A stretch of 64,000 bases of DNA from an uncultured bacterium (GCA_963727525.1 CAVSGO010000005.1:704001-768000), one strand, 5' to 3'. Counted from the stretch's first letter, positions 10,681 through 20,803 are shown. Notes: generated from the sequence alone by a model not told the origin. Made by a program: numbers and translations.

Positions 10681-11448
10681 TTGTCCAACAGCATCGATCT
10701 CACTGGCCGCACCGCCCTCGTCACGGGAGCCTCGCGCGGCATCGGCCGCGCCATCGCGAAGCTGCTGGCGGCGCACGGCGCCCGCATCGCGGCGCACTAC
10801 GGGCGCGACGAGGCTGCGGCCCGCACCGTGGTCGCGCGGCTGATCGGAACCGGCCACGCCACGCTCGGCGCCGACCTCGCCGATCCGCAAGCCGCCCAAG
10901 ACCTGCCCGACCGCGCCGCAGCACGGCTCGGCCGCCTCGATATCGTCGTGAACAACGCTGGAATCTTCGAACCGCACTCCCCGGCCGATAGCGACGCCGA
11001 CACCTGGCGCACGGCCTGGGATCGGCACCTCGCCATCAATCTCTCCGGGCCCGCCCATGTGATGCACGGGGCGATCCCGCACCTCGTGGCCGCGGGTGGG
11101 GGGCACATGGTGAACGTGTCGAGCCGCGGCGCCTACCGAGGCGAACCCGAGGCCCCGGCCTACGGGGCCGCGAAGGCGGGCCTCAACGCGCTGAGCCAGT
11201 CGCTCGCCGTGGCGCTGGCGCCGCGCGGCATCATGGTCGTGGGGGTGGCGCCCGGCTGGGTGGAGACAGACATGACGCGCGACCACCTCGCCGGGCCCGG
11301 CGGCGACACCATCCGGGCGCAGTGCCCGGGCGGTCGCATCGCCACGCCCGACGAGGTGGCCTGGACCGTGCTACTCGCGGTGAGCGGTCGGGCCGACGCG
11401 CTCACCGGCGGGATCATCGACGTGAACGGTGCCAGCCATCTGCGCTAG
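10681..11448 (+). CDS. Short-chain dehydrogenase/reductase (SDR)
   Basis: TGASRGIG, VNNAG, catalytic YGAAK, PGWVET. Confidence 0.92.
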   Translation: MSNSIDLTGRTALVTGASRGIGRAIAKLLAAHGARIAAHYGRDEAAARTVVARLIGTGHATLGADLADPQAAQDLPDRAAARLGRLDIVVNNAGIFEPHSPADSDADTWRTAWDRHLAINLSGPAHVMHGAIPHLVAAGGGHMVNVSSRGAYRGEPEAPAYGAAKAGLNALSQSLAVALAPRGIMVVGVAPGWVETDMTRDHLAGPGGDTIRAQCPGGRIATPDEVAWTVLLAVSGRADALTGGIIDVNGASHLR

Positions 11449-12053
11449 AAGAATGCGTAGCCGACCATCGCGGTGACGGTGCGATCCTTCGTGTCGGCGC
11501 CGCCACCGTCGAGGTAGTTCGTGAGGCCGTACTCGTAGCGAAGATCGAAGGTGATGTGCTGCACCTGCAGCCCGGCGCCGACGATGAGGCTGAATACGGT
11601 GCTCTTCGTCTGGTCCTTCACGTCGGACCATGCCTTCACTTCGTCGATTTCCGTCTCCTGGAGTTCCGATTTCAGCGGGAAGCTCACGGCCGGTGCCACG
11701 TAGAGCGACGGCTGCACGACCGGCGACGGGATCGCGTAGCGGAAGAGCAGGGGGATCTCCAGGTTGAGGCTGCGGTAATCCGTGCTCGGACCGCCCAGGT
11801 AATTGCCGTCCTTGAAGCCCTTCTGCGTGAGCAGCAGCTCGGGCGACAGATGGATCGCCACGAACGACACGTCGAGCGCCAGGCCGCCCACTAAGCCCGT
11901 ACGGGTCGAGGCGTCGAGATTGTCGGTGTTCAGCTTCGAGAAGTTGGCGCCGGCCTTCACCGCGACCGTCGGCACCGGCAACAGGCCCGCCTGGGCACTC
12001 GCCGCCACGAGGAGCACCACGGCCACCAGTACGATCATCCTGCCTTCACGCAT
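11445..12053 (-). CDS. Outer-membrane beta-barrel protein (porin/PorT-like)
   Basis: Signal peptide, KAGANFS, PELLLTQKG, LEIPLLFRY, DLRYEYGL, C-terminal aromatic residue; AGGAGG upstream. Confidence 0.8.
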   Translation of the reverse strand: MREGRMIVLVAVVLLVAASAQAGLLPVPTVAVKAGANFSKLNTDNLDASTRTGLVGGLALDVSFVAIHLSPELLLTQKGFKDGNYLGGPSTDYRSLNLEIPLLFRYAIPSPVVQPSLYVAPAVSFPLKSELQETEIDEVKAWSDVKDQTKSTVFSLIVGAGLQVQHITFDLRYEYGLTNYLDGGGADTKDRTVTAMVGYAFF

Positions 12054-12191
12054 GTTCCATCCTCCTGCCTGATCAGAAAGCCCGGACCGGCATCGGGAAC
12101 GATCCCGACGCCGGACCGATCCGGACCTCATGAGTCGCGATGCTGATAGCAAGAAGCGCACCCGAGCGACGACGTTGCCGACGCCGCCAGA

Positions 12192-13085
12192 CTACCCCCG
12201 CGCCTGCTCCCCGGCAAGGATGAGGGCGATGATCTGGTGCACGAGGCGGGCGGCCAGGAAGTCGGAGGCCCGCTGACCCGGGATGGGCATCAGCTCGACC
12301 ACGTCGAACCCGATGATGCGCCGCGCCCGCGCCACGGCCGCGATGCAGTCGACCACCTGCCACCAGGTCATACCGCCCGGTTCGGGCGTGCCCGTGGCCG
12401 GCACGTAGGCCGGGTCGAAGCAGTCGAGGTCTACGGTGAGGTACACCGGGTCGCCCACGGCCTCGACGACGCGCGAGATGAAGTCGAAACCGCCGCGGAT
12501 GTCCTGGGCCAGGAACGTGCGTGCGGGGTCCATGCCCGCCACCTCGGCCGCATCGCAACTGCGGATACCCACCTGCACCACGCCGGCGGCGACCTCGCGC
12601 GCCCGCGCGATCACGCAGCCGTGATTGAAACGCGAACCCTCGAGGGTATCACGCGAGTCGCCGTGCGCATCGAACTGCAGCACGTGAAGGCCGGGATACC
12701 GCGCTGCGTGGGCCTGGATCAGACCGATCGACACGGAATGCTCACCGCCGAGACCGACCACGGTACGTTCCGCATCGAGGAGTTCCGTGGCGACCTCCCG
12801 CACACGGTCGGTCATCTGGTCGGCCGGACCATCCACCGCGACGGGCGCCATGGTGACGACGCCAGCGCGGTACGGCTCGAGGCGCGTGTAAGGGTCGTAG
12901 AGCTCGAGGTAGGTGGACGCATCGAGCAACGCCTCCGGCCCACCAGCCGTGCCCTTCTGCCAGGTGGCGGTCCGGTCGTAGGGAATCGGGAGCACCGCGA
13001 AACGGGCCCGAGCCGGATCCGGCGTCAGACCTTGCCGCGTCAATCCCATGAAAGCGCCGGGGTCGGCGTGGTAAGGCCAGTTCAC
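12192..13085 (-). CDS. speB: Agmatinase (ureohydrolase family)
   Basis: GGEHS, DAHGD, DLDCFDP, TGTPEPGG, FDVVEL; GTG start at 13085 with GGGGAG upstream. Confidence 0.9.
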   Translation of the reverse strand: MNWPYHADPGAFMGLTRQGLTPDPARARFAVLPIPYDRTATWQKGTAGGPEALLDASTYLELYDPYTRLEPYRAGVVTMAPVAVDGPADQMTDRVREVATELLDAERTVVGLGGEHSVSIGLIQAHAARYPGLHVLQFDAHGDSRDTLEGSRFNHGCVIARAREVAAGVVQVGIRSCDAAEVAGMDPARTFLAQDIRGGFDFISRVVEAVGDPVYLTVDLDCFDPAYVPATGTPEPGGMTWWQVVDCIAAVARARRIIGFDVVELMPIPGQRASDFLAARLVHQIIALILAGEQARG

Positions 13086-13294
13086 GATTCGGACTCCCCA
13101 TCCCATTCGGTGTCGTCGTCGAGCCATTCGCGACGTGGCTCCTTGCGTCCGCTCTTGCGCGGCCGCTCGGCACCCTCGCGCGGCTCGTCCGAATCCCGCT
13201 CCTTCCGTTTCCGCGGAGTTTCCACCCAGCGGCGGGAATTGCGGGGCTTCTCCTCGTCATTGTCGTCCAGGCGACGATCGTTCGGCGGACACAT
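13082..13294 (-). CDS. Small (70 aa) highly charged protein translationally coupled to agmatinase
   Basis: ATG13294 with GGAG upstream; its TGA overlaps the agmatinase GTG (GTGA at 13085-13082). Confidence 0.55.
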   Translation of the reverse strand: MCPPNDRRLDDNDEEKPRNSRRWVETPRKRKERDSDEPREGAERPRKSGRKEPRREWLDDDTEWDGESES

Positions 13295-13473
13295 CACCAG
13301 CTCCGCTCTCGGCATGCGGGTACGAGATCGTGGGTCGGCCCGGCGCCTCGTCCAGGCACCGCGACCCGGTTGCATCAGGAGCATACACCATGCTCGCGCG
13401 CAGCGAAACGCCGCGTAAGGTGAATCAAAAGCAACGTCCTGTCAAGGAGGTGCGCAAGATCCGCCCTGCCTGG

Positions 13474-15099
13474 CTAGGGACGGGGCTCCACCCGCGACGC
13501 CTGTTGCTGGGCGCGCTGGAGCATCCCGACGACGGCCTGATCGTCCGGCGCCAGTTCCGCGGCGTGGCGCAGGTCTGCCACGGCCGCCTCCCACTCGCGA
13601 GCATGGAAGTGCATGAGCCCCCGGTTGTACCAGGCGACCGCCCGCCCGGGGTCGAGGGAGAGCGCCGTGTCCAGGGCGCCGCGCGCCGCGGCCAGGTCGC
13701 CCGTGAGAATGAGCGCCAGACCATAATCGCTCCAGCTCGCCGCGATGTCCGGTCGCAGCCGCACCGCGACCGCGAGATAGCGGCGCGCCGAGTCCGCCTT
13801 CCGATCCTCCAGCTCGAGATGTCCCAGGGTCGCGGCCGTGGCGTAGTCGGGCCGGTTGCGTGCCTCCAGCCGGGTCCAGGCCCGGCGCAGATCATCGCGC
13901 CCCTCGCGGTCGCGCCCCGCGGCAACCTGCAGCAGGCCGCGCACGCGCAACGCCCACGGCTCGTCGAGCTGGCGGCGCAGGCAGATACCAGCACCATCGA
14001 TGGCCGCGCCCGCCCAGAACTCGCGTTCCTGCGCCTCGGTGGCGCGCTCGAATCGCTCGTAGGCCAGGGCCGTGAAGGCAGAGATCGATCCGGTGACGAA
14101 GTACCGATCGAATGCGAGCCATACCGGCTGCCGCGCGCGGCTGCTCGACGACCCCATGGGCGTGTGATCGCGCCGTAGCACGTGTGCGTCGCCACCGGGG
14201 ACGGCCGCCCAAGAACGCTCGTAGCGTTTGCGGGCCTCGGCGTGATTACCCAGCGTTTCCTCGAGGCTGCCGAGGTCGCGCCAGCACTCGGCCGCGTGCA
14301 CCGGTTCGGGCCGCAGCTCGCCGGGGATGAAGGCATCGGGACCGCGCTGCGCGTGGACGCGCAGACCCGACTCGCTTGCTCCCAGCACGATGCTGCGCGC
14401 GAGACCGGGATTCCCGCGGTACCACTGGGCCATGCCCGTGATCCACAGCACATCGCTGCTGAACTTGTTACGCCCGGCGACGAGACGCGCCACGTCTTCC
14501 GCATAGAGGAACTGGCCGCTGCCCGCCAGCAGAAGCCCGCGCACGGTTTCGTCGGCAACGCCGCCCAGGGCCTCCATCGAGTCGACCCAGGCCAGACCCT
14601 TGAACCATTCGCCGCGGTCATACCCGAGCCATGCCATGGCATCCGCGCCGGCAATGCTCAGCGAGCGCCGCTGGTCGCTCGGGAGCATGGCCGCCGTGCG
14701 TCGGAGTTGCGCATACTGCGCCAGCGCCATCTGGTAGTCGCCGAACCGCCGCGACTGGCGAACCAGAGCGAGCCAGGCCTCGGCCAGGTCCGGCGCGAGG
14801 CCGACCGCGGTGTGGAGCGAGCGCAGGCGAACATCGAGCCGATCGGTCTGCCGCGCGACCGCGAACTGCCCCAGGGCCGCTTGCCGGCGCGCCGCTTGTT
14901 CAGCGACGGGCAAGGCAGCGAACGCCTCGAGGCCGAGCGAATCCGCTGTCGCGGCGAAGCGGACCGCGCGCGGATAATCAATGACAGCGACCCTGGTAGG
15001 CGCACAGCCCACCAGGGTCGCGATCGTCATCGGGAATGCGAGGACCAGCCACCTCGCGGTCGCCCAGCCGGATCGGCGCGCTACCGTGGTCGCGGCCAT
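13474..15099 (-). CDS. TPR-repeat lipoprotein
   Basis: Lipobox LVG-C; TPR patterns such as AWYNRGLMHF...AVADLRHAAELAPD. Confidence 0.8.
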   Translation of the reverse strand: MAATTVARRSGWATARWLVLAFPMTIATLVGCAPTRVAVIDYPRAVRFAATADSLGLEAFAALPVAEQAARRQAALGQFAVARQTDRLDVRLRSLHTAVGLAPDLAEAWLALVRQSRRFGDYQMALAQYAQLRRTAAMLPSDQRRSLSIAGADAMAWLGYDRGEWFKGLAWVDSMEALGGVADETVRGLLLAGSGQFLYAEDVARLVAGRNKFSSDVLWITGMAQWYRGNPGLARSIVLGASESGLRVHAQRGPDAFIPGELRPEPVHAAECWRDLGSLEETLGNHAEARKRYERSWAAVPGGDAHVLRRDHTPMGSSSSRARQPVWLAFDRYFVTGSISAFTALAYERFERATEAQEREFWAGAAIDGAGICLRRQLDEPWALRVRGLLQVAAGRDREGRDDLRRAWTRLEARNRPDYATAATLGHLELEDRKADSARRYLAVAVRLRPDIAASWSDYGLALILTGDLAAARGALDTALSLDPGRAVAWYNRGLMHFHAREWEAAVADLRHAAELAPDDQAVVGMLQRAQQQASRVEPRP

Positions 15100-15118
15100 G
15101 GTCCCCCCGACCGGAACG

Positions 15119-15673
15119 TTACTTCGCTTCGGGCACCGGATGCTTGATCTGCGCCCACATCTTGTCGTAGTCGAAAGCCTTGAAGGTCGGGCTGTTCTCG
15201 TTGTGGCACTTCTGGCAGAACTCGGCCCCCTTGGGCTCCATCAAACCAGCCGCGACCGCCGCCGCGTGGTCCTTCATCACCTTCATCGCCTTGTACTCGG
15301 AACCCGCGCCATGGCAGGCCTCGCAGCTCACGCCCTCGGCCGGCGTGTACTTCGTCTTCTCCGCGACCTTGACGTCGGCGCCCAGGAATCCGGTTACCGT
15401 GTGACACTTCAGACACTCGGGAGCCGCCTGCGGATCGCCAAGCCCCTTGTCGGCCGCGATCTTCTTCGCCTCGTCGGTCGCCAGCGTTTCGAAGGCCTTG
15501 GCATGCGCGCTACTCGACCATACGCCGTACTGATCACCTTTCGTGGCTGACTTGTGACACATCTTGCAACCGTCGACACCCACGATCTCGCCCTTGGTGC
15601 CCTCGGCGAACGCAGCGCCGGCGACCATGAGGAGCGAGACGAGGATCAACAACCCAACGCGACTCTTCTTCAT
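15119..15673 (-). CDS. Periplasmic tetraheme cytochrome c (c554-like family)
   Basis: Signal peptide; four CxxCH motifs (CKMCH, CLKCH, CEACH, CQKCH); GVSCEACHGAGS. Confidence 0.9.
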   Translation of the reverse strand: MKKSRVGLLILVSLLMVAGAAFAEGTKGEIVGVDGCKMCHKSATKGDQYGVWSSSAHAKAFETLATDEAKKIAADKGLGDPQAAPECLKCHTVTGFLGADVKVAEKTKYTPAEGVSCEACHGAGSEYKAMKVMKDHAAAVAAGLMEPKGAEFCQKCHNENSPTFKAFDYDKMWAQIKHPVPEAK

Positions 15674-15696
15674 CGTGCGTCTCCTTTGCATCGGCT

Positions 15697-16866
15697 CTAG
15701 TGGAAGAGCCGGTCCAGCCAGTTACCCTTCGCAATCGCCGTCGCCGTCAATACCGGCACGGAACCAATCTCATGTCCATCGAGCAGAGCCACCGCCCTGC
15801 CCACCTGCTCCCCTTCGGCGAGCGGGGCCCGCAGGGTGGGTGGCAGATCCAGTTCGAGCTTCACCTCGTCACGCCGCGTCTTCGGCACCGTCACGGTTAA
15901 GGGTTCGGCGTAGACCAGGTGGACCTCCGCCGTCTTACCACCGTCGACCGCCACCGGTTCCGCAATGGCCTCCTTCGCATCGGCCACGAGCGTGACCGGA
16001 GTGTAGAGGCTGAACCCGTAGCTGAGCAACCGCGTGGTCTCGGTGGCGCGGGCACGATCGGTCGAACACCCCATCACGACCGAGATCAAGCGCTTACCTC
16101 TCTGGACGGCCGTTGCCGTGACGCAGTAGCCGGCTTGCGCATGGTAGCCCGTCTTCAGCCCGTCGAGCCCGCGATAGTGTCCGACGAGGTGATTCGGATT
16201 GTACAGCGTGAACTCGCCACCACGGAAGGGCACCCTGTCCATCGACGCCCACTTCAGGGATTCCGGGTGCTTGATCACCGCTTTGGCCAAGGTGGCCAGA
16301 TCGGAGGCCGTCGTCAAGTCCGGCTCCTGTCCTCGCCCCGGCGGCAGGCCATGCACGGAATGATACTCGGTATCATTCATGCCAAGACTCTGGGCTTTCA
16401 GGTTCATCAGGTCCACGAAGGCGGGCACGCTCCCCGCCACGTACTGGGCCAGGGCCACCGCCGCGTCATTCGCAGAGTGGACCGCGAGCGCTTCCAGCAG
16501 TTCCTCCACCGTGAACGTCTCCCCCTGCTTCAGGAAGACCTGCGAACCACCCATGCGGCTCGCTTTTGCCGAGACCGTGATGGTATCGCCCAGGGCGATG
16601 TCGCCGCTGCCGCAGCGATCGAGAACGATCAGTTCCGTCATCATCTTGACCATCGAGGCCGGTTGTCGGCGCTTGTGCGCATTCTTCTCGGCCAGGACGA
16701 TCCCTGTCTCAGCATCGACAACGATGGCGGACTTGAAGTCACCATCCAGAATGGCCGGCGCTTCGTTCTTGGAGGTGACCGCCGTGTCCGCCGGCTGCGT
16801 CGAGGCGACCGCAAGGCCGGCGAACATGAGAAATAGGAGGGTGTTGGCGAGATCCGTCTGCCGCAT
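15697..16866 (-). CDS. dacA: D-alanyl-D-alanine carboxypeptidase (S11, PBP5-like)
   Basis: SMVK (SxxK), SAN (SxN), KTG motifs; PBP5-type C-terminal domain. Confidence 0.92.
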   Translation of the reverse strand: MRQTDLANTLLFLMFAGLAVASTQPADTAVTSKNEAPAILDGDFKSAIVVDAETGIVLAEKNAHKRRQPASMVKMMTELIVLDRCGSGDIALGDTITVSAKASRMGGSQVFLKQGETFTVEELLEALAVHSANDAAVALAQYVAGSVPAFVDLMNLKAQSLGMNDTEYHSVHGLPPGRGQEPDLTTASDLATLAKAVIKHPESLKWASMDRVPFRGGEFTLYNPNHLVGHYRGLDGLKTGYHAQAGYCVTATAVQRGKRLISVVMGCSTDRARATETTRLLSYGFSLYTPVTLVADAKEAIAEPVAVDGGKTAEVHLVYAEPLTVTVPKTRRDEVKLELDLPPTLRAPLAEGEQVGRAVALLDGHEIGSVPVLTATAIAKGNWLDRLFH

Positions 16867-16978
16867 GTCCTCACTCCTTGGGGTCATCGCGAACGTGGGT
16901 CTTTCGAGGTTACTCTCCGGCCAAGGAATGTCAAGGAACGCCCCTGGAGGGTGCACCAGGCGGCAATCGGCCGCGATT

Positions 16979-17746
16979 TCAGTGCCGCGTCCCCACCCAT
17001 GGGCGCTGCCGGGACCAGTCGAGGACGCGGTCCGGGAAGTCGGTGAAGATGCCGTCCACGCCGAGACGCCGCATGAACTCGTATTCCCAGCGGTCGTTCA
17101 CGGTGAAGACGCGTACTCTCAGATCGCGGCGGTGCGCATCACGTACGAATCCGCTGCGGACGGCCCATTTGCCCACATGCACCGCCTGCGCTCCGATACG
17201 CACGGCCGCCTCCAGGACGTCCGTGTTCTCCCTTGCCGACGTGAGCGGCGCCAGGGGCAGTCGCGGATCGTGGTCGCGCACCACCTGCAACCATGACCAG
17301 TCGAACGATGAGACGACGAAATGTTCCGGCTTCCAGCCACCCGTTCCGACCACGCTGGCGAGCACGGTCGCCAGCAGTTCGGCCGTGCCGTCGCCCTTCA
17401 GCTCGATGTTCACGTGGGCACGCGCACTGACGAGGTCCAGCACTTCCTCCAGGAACGGAATGCGCTCGCCATGGCCAGCGTCGAGCCGACGCAGCGCACC
17501 CAGGGTGAACTGCCGCACGAAGCCGTGGCCGTCGGTGGTCCGATCCACGCGATCATCGTGCAACACGACGAGGCGGTCCTCGCAGCGGTGAATATCGAGT
17601 TCGATCCACGACGCGTCGAGCGCCAGGGCCCGGGAGAAGGCTCGCAGCGTGTTCTCCGGTTCCTGGCCGCTCGCACCACGGTGAGCGATGCAGATCGGGC
17701 GAAAGATTGCGGATCGCGTCGGGGAACCCGTCTCGGCGTGGGGCAT
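16979..17746 (-). CDS. Glycerophosphodiester phosphodiesterase
   Basis: IAHRGASGQEPENTLRAF, IELD, HD..VDRTT, NIELK, GVDGIFTDFP. Confidence 0.92.
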   Translation of the reverse strand: MPHAETGSPTRSAIFRPICIAHRGASGQEPENTLRAFSRALALDASWIELDIHRCEDRLVVLHDDRVDRTTDGHGFVRQFTLGALRRLDAGHGERIPFLEEVLDLVSARAHVNIELKGDGTAELLATVLASVVGTGGWKPEHFVVSSFDWSWLQVVRDHDPRLPLAPLTSARENTDVLEAAVRIGAQAVHVGKWAVRSGFVRDAHRRDLRVRVFTVNDRWEYEFMRRLGVDGIFTDFPDRVLDWSRQRPWVGTRH

Positions 17747-17833
17747 GGGAGGTCCTCCTCGGGTGAGGGAACGGAAGGGCCTCGGGTTTGTCAACCACCA
17801 CCACCGTTGCCTGCGCGAGGCGCCGCCCGCCGC

Positions 17834-17867
17834 AAAGCGGCCCCCGCTCGCGAGAGCCGGGGGCCGT
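17834..17867 (-). terminator. Hairpin downstream of mscL
   Basis: CGGCCCCCGCTC-GCGA-GAGCCGGGGGCCG followed by TTT on the minus strand. Confidence 0.5.
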
Positions 17868-17889
17868 CCGGGAAAGCCTGGGCGCGCAC

Positions 17890-18345
17890 TCAACCGAGCG
17901 AGGACGTGCACTGCGGGCACCGCGTCGCCTTGATCGCGACTGGCGACATGCAGAACGGGCAGTCCTTCGTCGTCGGCGCGGGGGCCGGCGCCGGCGCCTC
18001 CTTGCGGTGCATCGAGTTGACGCCTTTCACGAGCATGAAGATCGCGAAGGCGACGATGAGGAAGCTGATCACCGTGTTGAGAAACATGCCGTAGTTGACG
18101 GTCACGGCACCGGCGGCCGCCGCATCGGCCACGGTCGCGTAGGGTCCCGCCACGTCGGCGCCCTGCTTGAGGACGGCGAAGAGATTCGAGAAGTCGACCC
18201 CGCCCAGAAGCAGCCCGATCGGGGGCATGATGATGTCGGCCACGAGGCTCTTGACGATGGATCCGAATGCCGCACCGATCATGATACCCACTGCCATGTC
18301 CATGACATTGCCACGCAAGATGAACGTCTTGAATTCCTTGATCAT
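17890..18345 (-). CDS. mscL: Large-conductance mechanosensitive channel with a C-terminal zinc-ribbon extension
   Basis: [36 protein letters not shown]; tail CPFC...CPQC. Confidence 0.95.
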   Translation of the reverse strand: MIKEFKTFILRGNVMDMAVGIMIGAAFGSIVKSLVADIIMPPIGLLLGGVDFSNLFAVLKQGADVAGPYATVADAAAAGAVTVNYGMFLNTVISFLIVAFAIFMLVKGVNSMHRKEAPAPAPAPTTKDCPFCMSPVAIKATRCPQCTSSLG

Positions 18346-18474
18346 CCCATCATCCTCCAGATTGGTGTTTCGGGTCCGGGAGCGCGTACGGCACGTCCCT
18401 GCAACCGAAGGTCGACGGCACTGCTCGGCGATATGATTGGTCCCTATCACGAAAAGATCCAGCGAAAAACGGGA

Positions 18475-19179
18475 TTATTTACGGCTACGGATCTCATCGA
18501 TCAGGTCCATCTGGATCTCCTGGATCTCGAGGAGACGTTCCCACTGGTGCGTGAGCAGGTGGTCGAGCTTCTGATGGAGCTGACGGATCTCGAGCTCCGC
18601 CTTCAGGTTGATCTGGTAGTCGTGTTCCGAGCGCGCGCGGTCGCGACTCTCCTGGCGCTTCTGGCTCATCATGATGACCGGTGCCTGCAATGCCGCAACG
18701 CACGAGAGCACGAGGTTCAGGAGGATGAACGGATAGGGATCGAACGGATGGCGCGTGAGCACCACGAGATTCGTGAGTATCCAGATCACCAGGATGCCAC
18801 CGAAAGCCAGAATGAACGACCAGGACCCCCCGAAGCTGGCGATATGATCGGCAAGGCGCTGGCCGTAGGTGAAGTCGGCGACGAACTCCTCCTCGGGATT
18901 GTGGGCGAGGATCTCGTGCTGACGCAGGCTCTCGAGCACCTCCCGTTCCAGATCGGTCAGCTCGCCCTTGTCGGCCGTCAGGAGCGACTGCACGTACGCT
19001 TGCCGGAATCGCTGCAGGTCATCCAGGCAGATCCAGCCCGCCTGGTCCCAGTGCCCTATTTCCCGCGTGATGAGATCGGCCACGGCGGGCCGCACGATGA
19101 TGGACGGACGCAGATCAGTCTGCTTGCCGGCGCCGCACACCTGGCATGTGGGGTGAAGAGCGCGATGCGTGCGCGTCAT
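18475..19179 (-). CDS. DUF1003 family membrane protein
   Basis: FGGSWSFI, FDPYPFILLNLVLS, QAPVIMMSQ, DYQINLKAELEI. Confidence 0.88.
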   Translation of the reverse strand: MTRTHRALHPTCQVCGAGKQTDLRPSIIVRPAVADLITREIGHWDQAGWICLDDLQRFRQAYVQSLLTADKGELTDLEREVLESLRQHEILAHNPEEEFVADFTYGQRLADHIASFGGSWSFILAFGGILVIWILTNLVVLTRHPFDPYPFILLNLVLSCVAALQAPVIMMSQKRQESRDRARSEHDYQINLKAELEIRQLHQKLDHLLTHQWERLLEIQEIQMDLIDEIRSRK

Positions 19180-19248
19180 GAATCCCCATTTCTCTCGCGG
19201 CGAGCTGCCACGATCTGACGCCACTCATTGGTACCCGGGGCGAGGACC

Positions 19249-19518
19249 CTACCGAGGGCGGCGAACACGGTCTCGGCGGTGGGTGTACCAGCGGCCGCCG
19301 AGAAACTGGCCGGCCGCGTAGGCGCCGACCAGGGCCGGATACGTGACGAAATGGAAGCCGAGGCCCGCGAGGAAGCGCAAGCCGATGATCATCGGCACCG
19401 GGGCGTGCACCGCCACGAACCACTGCCATGAGAACTTGCGCACGCCAGCGCGCCAGTAGCCGAACGGCAGGTTGAGCAGGAGCACCACCACCGCCACCGC
19501 GGTGAGCTTGGTCGCCAT
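19249..19518 (-). CDS. Small conserved membrane protein
   Basis: NLPFGYWR...KFSWQWFVAVHAPVP; three hydrophobic stretches. Confidence 0.7.
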   Translation of the reverse strand: MATKLTAVAVVVLLLNLPFGYWRAGVRKFSWQWFVAVHAPVPMIIGLRFLAGLGFHFVTYPALVGAYAAGQFLGGRWYTHRRDRVRRPR

Positions 19519-19537
19519 GACGGGATCTCCCGTTCGC

Positions 19538-19924
19538 TCAGAGACGATCGAGCACGCGGGCAAGCTGCGTGCGCACGGCCTCACCGATGGGGACGAGCGC
19601 CTCGTTGCCCACGGCCTGCATCGAGGCCACGGGATCGATGGCCGCCACCTCGACACGGCCGTCGGGCCACTGTTGCACGATGAGGTTGCACGGCAGCATG
19701 AGGCCGATCTTGTCCTCGGCCTCGAGCGCCTGGTGGGCGAGGGTCGGCTTGCAGGCGCCGAGAATGCGATAGGGACGGAAATCCGCGCCCAGCTTGGCCT
19801 TGATCGTCGCCTGGACGTCGATCTCGGTGAGGACGCCGAACCCCTCGTTCTTGAGTTCCCTGGTGACCGTCTCGATCGCCTCGTCGAAGGGCATCGACAC
19901 GAACCGGTTGACGTAATAGCTCAT
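19538..19924 (-). CDS. DUF302 family protein
   Basis: GFGVLTEIDVQAT, YRILGAC, IGLMLPCN. Confidence 0.88.
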   Translation of the reverse strand: MSYYVNRFVSMPFDEAIETVTRELKNEGFGVLTEIDVQATIKAKLGADFRPYRILGACKPTLAHQALEAEDKIGLMLPCNLIVQQWPDGRVEVAAIDPVASMQAVGNEALVPIGEAVRTQLARVLDRL

Positions 19925-20000
19925 CGCATTCCCTCTCCTCGCTTGGGCGACTGCGGCATCTCGCGAACCGCCTGGTCTGCGAGCCATGATAAACCGCGAG

Positions 20001-20402
20001 TCAGCTCCAGGCCAGGAGACGCTGCCACATGGTCGGCGGCACCGGCATCACCGAGAGTCGAGAGATACGCACGAGATCGAAGCTCGCGAAGGCGGCGTCC
20101 GCTTTGATCTCCGCGAGCGCGACCGGGCGCTCGAGACGCGCCTCCGGCGCGAGATCCACGACCACGTAGCGAGGGTCGTCGAGGCCGGGATCGGGATACG
20201 GAGCGCGCACCACGCGGGCGCGGCCGACGATGCGCCGCTCCTTGCCCGTGTGATAGACGAGTACGGCGTCGCCCACGGCGAAACGTCGCAGATGGATCAG
20301 AGCCGTGGCGTTGCGTACCCCATCCCAGACGCCGCGTCCCTCGGCCTCGAGATCATCATACGCGTACTCGTCCGGTTCGGTCTTCACGAGCCATCGGTTC
20401 AT
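20001..20402 (-). CDS. EVE domain protein
   Basis: WLVKTEP, WDGVRN, VLVYHTG, SRLSVMPV. Confidence 0.9.
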   Translation of the reverse strand: MNRWLVKTEPDEYAYDDLEAEGRGVWDGVRNATALIHLRRFAVGDAVLVYHTGKERRIVGRARVVRAPYPDPGLDDPRYVVVDLAPEARLERPVALAEIKADAAFASFDLVRISRLSVMPVPPTMWQRLLAWS

Positions 20403-20404
20403 CG

Positions 20405-20776
20405 TTACCCCCGTTGCCGCAGGGCCACACCAGCTAGCCAGGCCCAGGCGAAGAGAAAGGCCACACCGCCCAGCGGGGTGATCGCGCCGAACCAGCGCGG
20501 CGCGCCCAGCGCCAGCGCGTAGAGACTGCCCGCGAAGATCACGATGCCGATTCCCAGGGCCACCGCGGCCGGTGTCAGGGACCAGCCCGGCCGCTGCCAC
20601 GCCAGGATGCCGAGGGCCACCAGGGCGAGGGCATGGACCATCTGATAGAAGACGGCGGTGTGCCACAGGTCCTGGCCGCGCTCGTCCAGGACGTTGCGCA
20701 GCGTGTGGGCGCCGAACGCACCGAGCGCCACGCCCAGGAAACCGGCGATCGCGCCGGCTGCGATCCAGGAGCGCAT
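20405..20776 (-). CDS. DUF423 (YgdD/TMEM256) membrane protein
   Basis: GAFGAH, YQMVHAL, FAGSLY, GAITPLGG. Confidence 0.9.
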   Translation of the reverse strand: MRSWIAAGAIAGFLGVALGAFGAHTLRNVLDERGQDLWHTAVFYQMVHALALVALGILAWQRPGWSLTPAAVALGIGIVIFAGSLYALALGAPRWFGAITPLGGVAFLFAWAWLAGVALRQRG

Positions 20777-20803
20777 CGGTCCTCCCGGGGACGGGGCCGG
20801 CCG

